64,000 bases of DNA from Armatimonadota bacterium (GCA_963677485.1 OY781964.1:704001-768000); one strand, 5' to 3'; positions 1 to 10,416 are shown, counted from the first letter of the stretch. Made by a program: numbers and translations. Notes: generated by a model from the sequence alone, not told the origin.

Positions 1-1
1 C

Positions 2-109
2 GAGACGGAGCTGATCCGCACTGAAGAGCGGGTGAGCATCAAGCAAGGACGGCTGACGGTCCTGATGGCACCGGGAGAGATCGCCCGAATCACGGTGGAT
101 ATCGCTTAG
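2..109 (+). CDS. 3' end of a CDS entering the window (possibly a glycoside hydrolase C-terminal beta domain)
   Basis: Open frame ETELIRTEERVSIKQGRLTVLMAPGEIARITVDIA* ends at TAG 107-109, 4 nt before the next ATG. Confidence 0.55.
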   Translation, partial: ETELIRTEERVSIKQGRLTVLMAPGEIARITVDIA

Positions 110-113
110 CGTC

Positions 114-2372
114 ATGCGAGGCCTTTACTTTACAGTCGTATCTCTAGCCGCGATGTGGCTATCCATCATCGGGTGCGTTGGGACCGCTGCACCGGCTGCT
201 CCGATGTGCGAATACACCATCAACATGGCGGATGACCCCCACTGGACCGGGAACATCACCGAGTTACGGCTGGACCCCGTCAGCCAGGGAAAGACTGGCA
301 GTGTGGATGTGGATTACATCCGTCTGATGCCCAACGGCCCTCAATGGAACTTCGATACCGGCTTGGATGGCTGGGGCAGCTACAGCAACAGCGTGGCCAT
401 CACCTCCCCTGGCGGTCTATTACGGCTGGATATCACCGGCTTCGATCCCTTCATCGGCTTGAGTGGGCTGTCACTCGATGCGAGTAAAGTCAAGACACTG
501 AAAATCCGGATGAGCAACAACACCGACCAGACCTTAGGCCAGATCCTGTGGCGTAATGAAACGGGCATGTATGCCATCACCTTTCGTAATGCGCCATCGG
601 CGTTGTCTGGCGCGGTCAAACGCGCCTTGGCGAAGGGCGCCAGTCCGCCGGTGCCGATCCCCAGTGCCACATGGACAGCCACTGACCATCTGGGACGCAC
701 GCTGCCGGGTCCAGGAAAGGCACCAGCACCGCGCAAAGGCAAATACATCGGCATCTACTATCTGTTATGGAGCCTGGCCACCTATGGCGGAGAAGAGCCT
801 GACGGACCGTATGATCTGACGAAAATCCTAGCGAAATACCCCGAGGCGATGCAGGACATTAACCATCCTGCCCTGGGGGCTGTGGGCACGTTCCACCACT
901 GGGGTAAGCCGCTGTTTGGCTATTACCGTAATGATGACCGGTGGGTTGTCCGCAAACATATGCGGATGCTGGCGGACGCCGGCGTGGACATGCTGCTGCT
1001 GGATGCCTCCAACGGCTTCAACTACGAGGACATGGTTGAGGTGCTGCTTTCGGTGCTCGATGAGCTGCAGGCCTTGGGCGAACCGACGCCTAAGCTGGCC
1101 TTCCATATGTATCCACAGGCAGACCCAGGCTCAAGGAAGGCACTACGGAACCTCTACCAGCAATTTTACCCGGGCGGCAAGCACGCCTCGCATTGGTTCC
1201 ACTGGGATGGTAAACCACTGATCGTGGGGGTTCCGTCCGACGATCTCGGCAAAGAGATACTGTGCTTCTACACCTGGCGCACACCCTACTGGTTGGGCAT
1301 GAACCCCAGGGTGGGGAGCTGGACTCTGGACGGGTATTACCCTTACTCCGAAGACAGTGCGTTCATGCTGAACGAGAACCTCGAGATCGAGCAGACCACC
1401 GTTCATACGGGAGCCAGCATGGGATCTCCGCCCATCTCAGACATGGGCAAGGGCAACGGACGATCCTGGCAGGGGCTGACCTGGGACGGCCACCGCGTGA
1501 CCACGCCTAGTGCGGTGGGGCACGGCTACATGTTCCAGCAGTGCTGGGATGTGGGGTTGAAGCTTGACCCGCCTTTCCTGCTGGTATACAACTGGAACGA
1601 GTGGCTGGTTCAGAAATACCCTCACATGAACGACGCCTCCAAGCCGATGTTTGTCGATGAATTCAACCAGGAGTTCAGCAAGGACATCGAGCCGATGGAG
1701 GGCGGCCATCGTGACGCCTATTTCCAGCAGATGATCGCCGGTATACGTCGCTACAAAGGGGTCGCCCCTGTGCCGACGGCACACTCCGTGAAGATCACTC
1801 TGGACGGTAAGGATGCCGACTGGAAGCGTGTGACACCGGAATTCAAAGACCACGTGCAGGATGTGCAGGCTCGCGACCACTTGCAGTACGGCAACAAGAA
1901 AGTGCGTCTGCAGGACAATACTGGCAGGAACGACATCATACTGAGCAAGATGACACGCGACCATACGAACCTTTATGCAATGGTGAAGACGGCTCGCAAG
2001 CTCAGCATCCCTGCAGCGTCTGACCGTAACTGGATGGTGCTGATGCTGGATGTCGATGAAAATGGATCGAACGGGTTCATGGGCTTCGATGTCGCCATCA
2101 ACCGGATGCGAGACAGCCATGGGCGCGCCTCGGTTCAGGTGCGTAAAGGCAAAGCGTGGAGCACTGTGGGCTGGGCGGAGATGGCCAAGGGCAGCCAGAT
2201 GCTGGAGTTGGCCATCCCGACCAAACTGTTGCCCAAAATGAGACACACGCTGAGTTTCCAGTGGACGGACAATGTCTGGCTGACAGAAGACTGGGGATCA
2301 GCCTACCTGCATGGCGACTCGGCTCCTGATAGCCCCTACCGCTACCAGGTGGTGCTGCCGTCGGTAAAGTAG
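114..2372 (+). CDS. Secreted glycoside hydrolase, GH99/GH71-like TIM barrel with accessory beta domains
   Basis: N-terminal signal peptide; motifs HHWGKPLFGYY, HMRMLADAGVDMLLLD, DGKPLIV, YNWNEW, EFSKDIEP. Confidence 0.65.
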   Translation: MRGLYFTVVSLAAMWLSIIGCVGTAAPAAPMCEYTINMADDPHWTGNITELRLDPVSQGKTGSVDVDYIRLMPNGPQWNFDTGLDGWGSYSNSVAITSPGGLLRLDITGFDPFIGLSGLSLDASKVKTLKIRMSNNTDQTLGQILWRNETGMYAITFRNAPSALSGAVKRALAKGASPPVPIPSATWTATDHLGRTLPGPGKAPAPRKGKYIGIYYLLWSLATYGGEEPDGPYDLTKILAKYPEAMQDINHPALGAVGTFHHWGKPLFGYYRNDDRWVVRKHMRMLADAGVDMLLLDASNGFNYEDMVEVLLSVLDELQALGEPTPKLAFHMYPQADPGSRKALRNLYQQFYPGGKHASHWFHWDGKPLIVGVPSDDLGKEILCFYTWRTPYWLGMNPRVGSWTLDGYYPYSEDSAFMLNENLEIEQTTVHTGASMGSPPISDMGKGNGRSWQGLTWDGHRVTTPSAVGHGYMFQQCWDVGLKLDPPFLLVYNWNEWLVQKYPHMNDASKPMFVDEFNQEFSKDIEPMEGGHRDAYFQQMIAGIRRYKGVAPVPTAHSVKITLDGKDADWKRVTPEFKDHVQDVQARDHLQYGNKKVRLQDNTGRNDIILSKMTRDHTNLYAMVKTARKLSIPAASDRNWMVLMLDVDENGSNGFMGFDVAINRMRDSHGRASVQVRKGKAWSTVGWAEMAKGSQMLELAIPTKLLPKMRHTLSFQWTDNVWLTEDWGSAYLHGDSAPDSPYRYQVVLPSVK

Positions 2373-2384
2373 TCTGTGAGGAAT

Positions 2385-2514
2385 AGCAACCGCCCGTGCT
2401 GGCACGGCAGCCTATACTGTAACGGATACGATCGTAGGGGCGTCCCTTGTGGGCGCCCTAATCGTTGTTCATCCGATAGTGCCTGTTTAGGGCGCCCACA
2501 AGGAACGCCCCTAC
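2385..2514. repeat. Composite REP/REPIN-like element: inverted pair of GTAG-headed palindromes plus a conserved flank
   Basis: GTAGGGGCGTCCCTTGTGGGCGCCCTA (2434-2460) and its inverse (2488-2514); the whole unit recurs in reverse orientation at 50639-50806. Confidence 0.85.
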
Positions 2515-2585
2515 GACCAGTTATTTACAAGGGGTGCTGTGTACACGCCCCGGACGTAATCGAGATGCGTATCACCCGCTCACTA

Positions 2586-4580
2586 CTATCGCAGCTGACG
2601 CACCAGCTCAGGTAAATTCTGCCCTTCCACCACGCGGTCGCCCGAGCCTAGCTGCAACTTCACGACCTTCAGATTTTTGTCCTTGCCCGTATAAAGCGTG
2701 CGCATCCAAAGCAATCGGCCTTCCACCACCATCGGCCGGATTTCACCTTTTCGTAGCGTGCCGGAGCTCCGATTAGCCATCTGCGTGAACAGCTTCACGC
2801 TCATCTGCGGTGTCTTGAACACACTGCGCCACAGATGATACCCATCCGAAGCGAGATAGCCGGCGATTTGCGGGTTCTTTGCCGATACCTCGTAGGGCAA
2901 TACCTGCATCCAGTGACCGTCGCACAAAGTCCACCAAGGTTCCATCTGCTTCAAAGAAGGAAGTGGCACAGTGCGCACAGGCACCGTCACTGGCTGCTCG
3001 CTCTCAGGTCGGTCGACCACCGGCAGTTTCAGATCCAGGGCATATGCCTGGATGGCCATATAGTCAGAGCCAATTGACGGACCATCACCCTCCGTAAACA
3101 TCTTAGGAAAGACATTCCGGTAGGTTTGTAACAGCGGATTCGTTTTGTCTGTGATCATAAAGCTGATCTGACCACTGGTGGCATCAAGCCGGATATCCAC
3201 ACCAGGTTTTACACTTCGGAACCTATAGAACATGCCTGATGGCAGGTTGATAATGATCTGCTTGCTACCGGGCATATTTTCCGTGCCTGCGTACGCCAGC
3301 CGCTGCCAGTGAACTCTGTCGCCCTCGCGTACCAGTTGCACCGTGCGGTCATACATCAAGAATGGGGCCACGGCCCGCATACGGTCATATACGCTTCGTC
3401 GGAGCAATATGTGCGCATCCGACGGGATATCGCGTTTTAGAAGGCGCCGTTCCCCAACACGAAGACTCACCAGCCATCGCCGCAGTCCCGATTTCAGTTC
3501 GAAGCCTGCATTGGGATCGGTCAGTTTCGAGCTATATATCACGCCACGGTAATAGCCCGTTGCTCCCCGTAAGACCATCTGCTTTCGGTCGATGCTGTGG
3601 GCCAGCACAGGTTCCACACTGTTTTCCGAATACCAGACGGGCTGCACGTTGACATTCGTAACCCGTGGCTCTACCTGGTTGGCCTGAAACAGGCTAAGCT
3701 GGGTGCTATAGCCCAAAGGCATCACTGGCCCCTGCTTTGTCGGCAGGATGCTGGAAGGATCTGGGGCCGCAGGTTCGAGCAGACATAGCCACGTACCAGG
3801 CTCAGAGGGGCTCTGAGAGCCTCCCATGTAGCGGTTGCGCATTCTATCTGCATATGACGCATTCAGACGCTCCAAGACCATGTCACGGTCCCACAATAGC
3901 ATCTGATCGGACTGACATCCCGTTGCCTTCAGTTGGCCACCGACTGGCTGCACATCCAGTATATTGTTAAGCCCATAGGACAACGCGGTGTCTTTACTAT
4001 TGTCAGCGAGATTGGGCCAGCCATGCCCGTTCCCCACCGCCAACAACAATATGGCAGCCAGAGCGGTCAGCCCCATGCGCCACCTGCGTGGCACCGACAC
4101 CGCGCCAGATGGGTCTGCTGAGACCACCAGCGCCTGCACCATCCAGCAACCCGAAACCAGCCAGAACAGCCAGATCATCACCTGCTGGATAAATGGCAGC
4201 ATGAACACATCAAAGCTGGCGTCGACGCCAAAGGCTCCGATGTAGCCCAGGTTGGCCCGATGCGTGGCCAGCATCATGTTCTCCCAGAGGTTCGCAGCAC
4301 CGCCAGCAAAACATATGACGACTAATGCCACAAACACTTTAGGCATAAACTGCGGCCGTTTTCGGAAAAACATCCAGGGTAAAATCAGCGCAACGACCCC
4401 ACCCCAAAACGCTGCCACTAAGCGTGACTGAGTCACGGTGATATATGACGCCTCTTGGCCTAATTCCTTGAACCAACAATACTCCGTATACCCGCGCACC
4501 GAAAGAGAGACGAGAAACCCAAGGACGATCAGCGAGGTCGCCGACCAGCCCGCGACCCGAAGCCATTTCGCAACAGTCAT
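2586..4580 (-). CDS. UPF0182 (COG1615)-like membrane protein, divergent and shortened
   Basis: EYCWFKELGQ, FGVDASFDVFMLPF, RMRAVAPFLMYD, RLDATSGQISF and PLLQTYRNVFP resemble UPF0182 motifs; N-terminal TM helices. Confidence 0.7.
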   Translation of the reverse strand: MTVAKWLRVAGWSATSLIVLGFLVSLSVRGYTEYCWFKELGQEASYITVTQSRLVAAFWGGVVALILPWMFFRKRPQFMPKVFVALVVICFAGGAANLWENMMLATHRANLGYIGAFGVDASFDVFMLPFIQQVMIWLFWLVSGCWMVQALVVSADPSGAVSVPRRWRMGLTALAAILLLAVGNGHGWPNLADNSKDTALSYGLNNILDVQPVGGQLKATGCQSDQMLLWDRDMVLERLNASYADRMRNRYMGGSQSPSEPGTWLCLLEPAAPDPSSILPTKQGPVMPLGYSTQLSLFQANQVEPRVTNVNVQPVWYSENSVEPVLAHSIDRKQMVLRGATGYYRGVIYSSKLTDPNAGFELKSGLRRWLVSLRVGERRLLKRDIPSDAHILLRRSVYDRMRAVAPFLMYDRTVQLVREGDRVHWQRLAYAGTENMPGSKQIIINLPSGMFYRFRSVKPGVDIRLDATSGQISFMITDKTNPLLQTYRNVFPKMFTEGDGPSIGSDYMAIQAYALDLKLPVVDRPESEQPVTVPVRTVPLPSLKQMEPWWTLCDGHWMQVLPYEVSAKNPQIAGYLASDGYHLWRSVFKTPQMSVKLFTQMANRSSGTLRKGEIRPMVVEGRLLWMRTLYTGKDKNLKVVKLQLGSGDRVVEGQNLPELVRQLR

Positions 4581-4688
4581 ATGTAAACGTCACCTTGTGA
4601 TCAGACATTGTAATGAAACTAATACATTGTACCGTGTATAGGGTATTTGTTTGACTGAGGTATGAAGAGTACCGCATAATGTTACAGA

Positions 4689-5192
4689 ATGGACAGAGAA
4701 CACCATCAGCCCGATAGTTTCCCTCTGGTGTGGTGGGACGGAGCACTAGTCTCCTTCCGCACAGCAGAGAATGTGGATTCGTGGCCCGAAGCCGCTGAAG
4801 CCACGCTGCTTTTCGGTGTTTTCGAGAACCGGTTGCTGTTAGTTGATGTCAACCAGCGCGGCTGGAGTATTCCTGGCGGGCATATCGAGCTAGGCGAAAC
4901 GGTCGAACAGGCACTCATTCGCGAGGTCAAAGAAGAAGCAGGGGCTGCTGTGCAAAACCTGCAGCCGTTTGGCATCTATGAATTCCGTAAGGACGAACAG
5001 TCACCAGTTCATGCAGTGGTCACCACATATACCGGCCATGTCACTCATTTTGAGCCCATCTCGCTGGATATGGAATCACTGGGCATCATGCTGGTTCCCT
5101 TGGAGCAAGTCCAACGATTTTACTATACTTGGAACCCGCTGTTTGAAGCGGTGTTCAAGGCACTCATAAATCACGCAGCCTTATCGACGTAG
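4689..5192 (+). CDS. NUDIX hydrolase
   Basis: Nudix box GGHIELGETVEQALIREVKEEAG. Confidence 0.9.
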   Translation: MDREHHQPDSFPLVWWDGALVSFRTAENVDSWPEAAEATLLFGVFENRLLLVDVNQRGWSIPGGHIELGETVEQALIREVKEEAGAAVQNLQPFGIYEFRKDEQSPVHAVVTTYTGHVTHFEPISLDMESLGIMLVPLEQVQRFYYTWNPLFEAVFKALINHAALST

Positions 5193-5208
5193 GAGGAACA
5201 GAGAGACG

Positions 5209-6399
5209 ATGTACATTTCGCAGCGAGCTAAGAACACATTACCGTCACCCACCCTTGCTATCACCGCTCTGGCAAAAAGCATGAAGGAACAAGGGATAGA
5301 TGTGATCTCCTTTGGAGCTGGTGAGCCCGACTTTAATACCCCCGACGTGATAAACAAAGCGGCCATTGAGGCCATAGAATCTGGTTTTACGCGTTACACA
5401 CCTACCGCTGGCATCGAACCGCTGCGGCAGGCCATTGCAGACAAGCTGCTGCGGGACAACGGCCTGAGCTACAAGGCGACCGAGGTGATGGTCACTTGTG
5501 GTGCTAAACATGCGCTTTTCGGGATATTCCAGGCGATCTGCGATCCAGGCGATGAAGTGATCATCCCCGCACCATATTGGGTCAGCTATCCTGAGCAGGT
5601 CAAGCTGGCGGGTGGTGTACCCGTGTATGTGACCGCCGATTCGGCGGCGAACTTCATTCCCGATCCAGCTCAAATCGCTGCCGCGGTGACTCCCAAAACA
5701 CGAGCCATCGTCATCAACAGCCCGAACAACCCCTCTGGTGCCGTCTTCCCCGAAGCGGTCATCCGGGCAATCGCCGAAATCGCACTCAAACACGGTATTT
5801 ACTTGATTTCAGATGAAATTTACGAAAAGATGGTCTACGGCACGGAGCATTTCTCAGTGGCCAGCATCAGCGATGAGGTGAAGAAGCTCACCATCGTTGT
5901 GAATGGCATGTCCAAAGCGCACGCCATGACTGGCTGGCGCATTGGCTACGCTGCAGCAGAGCTTGAGCTGATCAAAGCGATGGTGCGGATGCAGGACCAA
6001 TCGACCTCTAACACCACTTCCATCGCTCAGAAGGCAGCAGTCGCCGCACTCAAAGCACCTGAAGGCCTTGTGACTGAGATGGTTGCCGCTTTCAATGAGC
6101 GGCGCGCGGTGATCGTGCAGCTACTGAACGACATCCCAGGGTTCAACTGCCCGAACCCGGGCGGCGCCTTCTATGCCTTCCCAGACGTGTCCGGTGTTTA
6201 TGGAAAGAGCTTCAATGGGAAGCAGATTAACAGCTCGGACGACTTCGCGGCATATCTTCTGAACGAAGCGCGGGTCGCCGTTGTTCCTGGCCGCGGGTTT
6301 GGACTTGATAGCAATATACGCCTAAGCTACGCCTGCTCGATGGACAGCATTAGGCAGGGGATCGCCCGCATTGCTGAAGCGGTATCAAAGCTCAGTTGA
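5209..6399 (+). CDS. aspC: PLP-dependent class I aminotransferase (aspartate aminotransferase-like)
   Basis: GEPDF, NSPNNPSG, SDEIY, SKAHAMTGWRIGY (PLP lysine). Confidence 0.9.
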   Translation: MYISQRAKNTLPSPTLAITALAKSMKEQGIDVISFGAGEPDFNTPDVINKAAIEAIESGFTRYTPTAGIEPLRQAIADKLLRDNGLSYKATEVMVTCGAKHALFGIFQAICDPGDEVIIPAPYWVSYPEQVKLAGGVPVYVTADSAANFIPDPAQIAAAVTPKTRAIVINSPNNPSGAVFPEAVIRAIAEIALKHGIYLISDEIYEKMVYGTEHFSVASISDEVKKLTIVVNGMSKAHAMTGWRIGYAAAELELIKAMVRMQDQSTSNTTSIAQKAAVAALKAPEGLVTEMVAAFNERRAVIVQLLNDIPGFNCPNPGGAFYAFPDVSGVYGKSFNGKQINSSDDFAAYLLNEARVAVVPGRGFGLDSNIRLSYACSMDSIRQGIARIAEAVSKLS

Positions 6400-8393
6400 T
6401 AAGTGAACCACAGATACACATCGCATTAAACCTGCCTGAGGAGTGTGAAACACTTCTCAGGCAGGCCCTGACACATAAACACGACGACGTCACTGAGTTA
6501 GAATGCAACGAACGGCTGGAATTTCTGGGAGACGCGGTACTCGGCCTTATTGTGACCGAAGAGTTCTTCCGAAACCACCCCAAAGCGCGTGAGGGCCTGC
6601 TCAGCCGCGCCAGAGCGGCGGTGGTCAGCCGTCCCAGTTTGGCCGATTCGGCACGCAAGATAGGCTTGCACAACCTCATTTTGACCAGCAGTATGGAACG
6701 GAAACACGGCATCACACAGGGGCAGCGTGTGCTGGCCGATGCTATGGAAGCGGTGATTGCCGCGGTGTATATGTCGTTGGGATATGACACCACCAAGGCC
6801 TTCATACTACAGCACTTTGGTGATATTATGGACCACGCCCTGGAAAGCGCAGTGTCGCTTGACCACAAAACCGCATTGCAGGAATACGCGCATCTCAAAC
6901 TTTCAGTCACACCGACCTACGAACTGCTGACCGCGTTCGGCCCAGATCACAGCCGGAATTTCACTTTTCAGGCTTGTGTAGGTGATATCCCCTTAAGCAT
7001 CGGCACCGGAAACAGCAAAAAGTCCGCACAGCAAGACGCGGCTCAAAGCTCGCTGGTGATGCTTAAACGGATGGTGTCCGCACAGAAAACAGGTGTCGTC
7101 TCAGTTCAACCGGAAACTATACAGTTCAGGCCCGATTATGAGAACACCGCAGACTATATGAACATCGCCACGATGTTTAACCTTCCTCAACCTGTCACCA
7201 TCTCAGAGTTGGACTGCAAGGGCAATATCAACACGGAGAGTTTTCTCGTCGTTGCCGCAGATACGCGGTATATCATGCAAAAAGTGAACCCAGGGGTCTT
7301 CCCTCTGCCACACCGCGTGATGAGAAATCTTCTATCTGTCTGCCATCATCATGCACAGCAGCCTGGGAATATGCCCAAAAACTGGAAATGCCTGCAGCTT
7401 CAACCCACCAAACAAGGCGCTCCCTATCTCCAAATCATGCATGCAGACAGCAGTAGTGTCTGGCGTATGATGCATTTCATCGAGGGCACGTGCAGCTTCA
7501 AGCAGCTATCTGATGTGGGTGATGCTCAGCGAACGCTAAAGATCGCTACAGAGGCCGGTAAGGGTCTGGCGACATTTGTGCAGCTCACTCAAGGACTGCC
7601 TTTAGACCACTTTTATGCTAGTTTCCCGGGCTACCGAAACACACAGCTCTATATTGACCAACTAGAGGCCGTGTGGGATGGATGCCTAACGGTAGAAGAC
7701 GCCCAAAAGCATCTTCCTGAGGAACCATATCTACGCACTGCGGTATGGCCGCAGTATGTTCTGCACTGCGATACAGAGCAGTATAACTGCCGCAAAGCCG
7801 CCACAGAGGTGGTCGAGCTGCGCGACTACCTCCTTGAGAACCGTCATGTGGTGATGAAACTCTGGGACGAAGTGCAGTCAGGCAACCTCAAGACGAGTAT
7901 CATCCACGGGGATCCGAAACTTGAGAACTTCTTGTTTGACAAACAAACTGACCAAGTAGTTTCCATGATTGACCTGGACACACTCATGCCTTATACCTGG
8001 CTGGCCGACTGGGGCGATATGGCGAGATCGCTTGTCAACCCCATGGGCGAAAAGACGACGGATATAGATTCGGTCTATCTCGACGTCAGTGTCTTCAAAG
8101 CCTTGATGCAAGGGTATGTGGCATCAGCTCATACAATCCCCCCTTATGAACTAGAACTCATGACGCTCGCTCCGGCCGTCATTGCGATGGAGCTTGGGAT
8201 GCGCTTCCTTACCGACTATATCAGGGGAGACAACTACTTCGGACTGACAGAACAAGACATTGAACAAGGCGTGACCAACCTCAGCCGAGCCCGGGTACAA
8301 CTGCGCTTGGCTCAGTTGGTTCTTGAAGCACAAGATGAACTTCAAGATGCTCTTCACCAATTTCTAGATATGACAACGATCGCTGAGGAGTAA
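6396..8393 (+). CDS. rnc: Ribonuclease III (catalytic domain + dsRBD) fused to an APH/N-acetylhexosamine-1-kinase-like phosphotransferase
   Basis: NERLEFLGDAVLG, ADAMEAVIAAVY and dsRBD (DHKTALQEY...GPDH...GNSKKSAQQDAA), followed in frame by GNINTESFLV, HGDPKLENFLF, IDLDTLMP, ELGMRFLTDY. Confidence 0.85.
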   Translation: MISEPQIHIALNLPEECETLLRQALTHKHDDVTELECNERLEFLGDAVLGLIVTEEFFRNHPKAREGLLSRARAAVVSRPSLADSARKIGLHNLILTSSMERKHGITQGQRVLADAMEAVIAAVYMSLGYDTTKAFILQHFGDIMDHALESAVSLDHKTALQEYAHLKLSVTPTYELLTAFGPDHSRNFTFQACVGDIPLSIGTGNSKKSAQQDAAQSSLVMLKRMVSAQKTGVVSVQPETIQFRPDYENTADYMNIATMFNLPQPVTISELDCKGNINTESFLVVAADTRYIMQKVNPGVFPLPHRVMRNLLSVCHHHAQQPGNMPKNWKCLQLQPTKQGAPYLQIMHADSSSVWRMMHFIEGTCSFKQLSDVGDAQRTLKIATEAGKGLATFVQLTQGLPLDHFYASFPGYRNTQLYIDQLEAVWDGCLTVEDAQKHLPEEPYLRTAVWPQYVLHCDTEQYNCRKAATEVVELRDYLLENRHVVMKLWDEVQSGNLKTSIIHGDPKLENFLFDKQTDQVVSMIDLDTLMPYTWLADWGDMARSLVNPMGEKTTDIDSVYLDVSVFKALMQGYVASAHTIPPYELELMTLAPAVIAMELGMRFLTDYIRGDNYFGLTEQDIEQGVTNLSRARVQLRLAQLVLEAQDELQDALHQFLDMTTIAEE

Positions 8394-8397
8394 TCCT

Positions 8398-10359
8398 GTG
8401 ATGAAGCCCAACGAAGCATTACCCAAGCGGGGGCCGCTGCGAGCCATACTCATCGCAGTGCTACTACTACCGCCCAACGCATTGTGGCTTGTTCAGACCG
8501 AGATGCTTAACCGCGCCAGTAACACTCCTGGCAGCTCTGGTGGGCCATACCCCTCCACCTTTTCGCTATTTGCCAATGTCATATGTATCATTGCGGCTTT
8601 GTTGATCGTGAATGTGGTCATCAAACGCCTGAAACCCAGTGCTGTCCTGAACCCGTCTGAGCTTTTAATCATCTACTGCATGTTATCCATCGGTACCGCA
8701 ATGACCTCAGTGGATGGATTTCATATTCTAGTGCCGATGATCGGCCACCTGCAGCGGTATGCCAACAACGTGAACCAGTGGGCGAACACGGTAATCCCGT
8801 TGGTGCCCAAGTTCATGCTGGTGAGCGATCCGACCGCTTTGACCGGATGGTATACCGGATCTGGGAACCCTTTTGCCATCAGAAATATGCTGGCCTGGTG
8901 GAAACCAATGGTCTGGTGGGGCAGTTTTTCATTCATACTGCTGTGGGTGATGCTCTGTCTTAACGTGCTCATTCGCAAGCAATGGACTCAAAACGAGCGG
9001 CTAAGCTATCCTACCATCATGCTGCCCCTCGAAATGACCGAGAACACCAGTTTTTTCTTCCGAAACAAACTCATGTGGGCAGGATTCTTTATCGCAGCGG
9101 GTATTAGCTTTGTCAATGGCATCAGCTATTTTATGCCCAACGTGCCCACGGTGCCAGTCAAAGCATTGAACCTGGGGCTATATATCACCTCCGCTCCCTG
9201 GAATGCGATGGGTATCAACGGCTTCATGGCCAGTTTCTACCCCTTCGCCATCGGGCTTAGCTTCCTGCTGCCTGCGGATCTGTTGTTTTCGTGCTGGTTC
9301 TTCTATTTGATTAATAAGCTGGAGCTGGTCATCAGCTCGCAAATGGGATATCTGGGGATCAACCCCCAGTTCCCATACATCGCCCACCAAAGCCTGGGTG
9401 GATACTTGGCCGTGGGTGTGCTTGCCATCATGGGTGCGAGAATGCACCTGAAGAGCGTGTTCATCGCCGCCTGGCGTGGCGAAAATGAGCCCGACAGCGG
9501 CTGGTTGGGCTACCGGATCGCCTCCATCGGAGCACTCGTCGGATTAGTAATGCTGTGCCTCTATTTCAACTATATGGGCTTGCCTTTCGTCTACTGCGTG
9601 GTCGCTTTCCTGCTCTATTTCCTCATAGGCATCGCCATCACCCGTATGCGCGCTGAGCTTGGTCCACCTGCCCATGACCTGCACTACGCCGGTCCCGACA
9701 CACTCTTTATCTCAACCCTCGGCGCGGGGCACTTCACTACAAAACAGTTGACTGCGCTCAGTTGGTTTTACTGGTTCAACCGCGCTTACCGCAGCCTGGC
9801 CATGCCGCACCAACTTGAGGCTATGAAAATAGCCGAAAGACGCAAAATGAAGCAAAGCCCAATGCTCACGGCGTTGGTCGTTGCCGCCTTAGTGGGTGTC
9901 GCCTCAGGTCTGTTTGCCGAATACTGGTATGGATACACCAAGTCAGCCGAAGTGGGCATGGCTGCCTACTATACAGGATTTGGGAAAGAGGCGTTTGATT
10001 TCCGTCTGCAGAACTGGATCACCGCCTCACCAAAAGCAGAGGTCGGCTCTACAATCGCCGTCGTCGTCGGTTTCTTCATCACTCTGCTGCTGGGCTCCGT
10101 TCGTCTGGTGGCCCCCTGGTGGCCGCTGCACCCATTGGGCTTTGCCATCAGCGGAGGGTATTCAGTGGGGATGATCTGGCTTCCGATGATGATCGCCTGG
10201 ACATGCAAAGTGACCATCCTCAAATTCGGCGGTTTGAAACTATACAAACAAGCCGTCTACTTCTTCCTGGGTCTAGTGCTGGGCGACTACATCATGGGAA
10301 TGGCATGGCCGCTCTTTGGCTGGATCACCAAGATGGCGACCTACAGCTTCCAGCAGTAA
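8398..10359 (+). CDS. Multi-pass membrane protein (DUF6785/DUF6784-like, putative transporter)
   Basis: Many TM helices; RKQWTQNERLSYP, RMRAELGPP, PWWPLHPLG, KFGGLKLY, FFLGLVLGD motifs. Confidence 0.7.
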   Translation: MMKPNEALPKRGPLRAILIAVLLLPPNALWLVQTEMLNRASNTPGSSGGPYPSTFSLFANVICIIAALLIVNVVIKRLKPSAVLNPSELLIIYCMLSIGTAMTSVDGFHILVPMIGHLQRYANNVNQWANTVIPLVPKFMLVSDPTALTGWYTGSGNPFAIRNMLAWWKPMVWWGSFSFILLWVMLCLNVLIRKQWTQNERLSYPTIMLPLEMTENTSFFFRNKLMWAGFFIAAGISFVNGISYFMPNVPTVPVKALNLGLYITSAPWNAMGINGFMASFYPFAIGLSFLLPADLLFSCWFFYLINKLELVISSQMGYLGINPQFPYIAHQSLGGYLAVGVLAIMGARMHLKSVFIAAWRGENEPDSGWLGYRIASIGALVGLVMLCLYFNYMGLPFVYCVVAFLLYFLIGIAITRMRAELGPPAHDLHYAGPDTLFISTLGAGHFTTKQLTALSWFYWFNRAYRSLAMPHQLEAMKIAERRKMKQSPMLTALVVAALVGVASGLFAEYWYGYTKSAEVGMAAYYTGFGKEAFDFRLQNWITASPKAEVGSTIAVVVGFFITLLLGSVRLVAPWWPLHPLGFAISGGYSVGMIWLPMMIAWTCKVTILKFGGLKLYKQAVYFFLGLVLGDYIMGMAWPLFGWITKMATYSFQQ

Positions 10360-10416
10360 ACCGCTCCGCCACGACCGGCAGACCGCAGGGGTGTTCGGTG
10401 ATCCCAGGAATCCTCT

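Noticed and set aside
2376-2615. Small ORFs sharing 'SNRPCWHGSLYCNG' (also 50714-50980)
   Set aside because: The similarity comes from the REP composite, not from a protein family.
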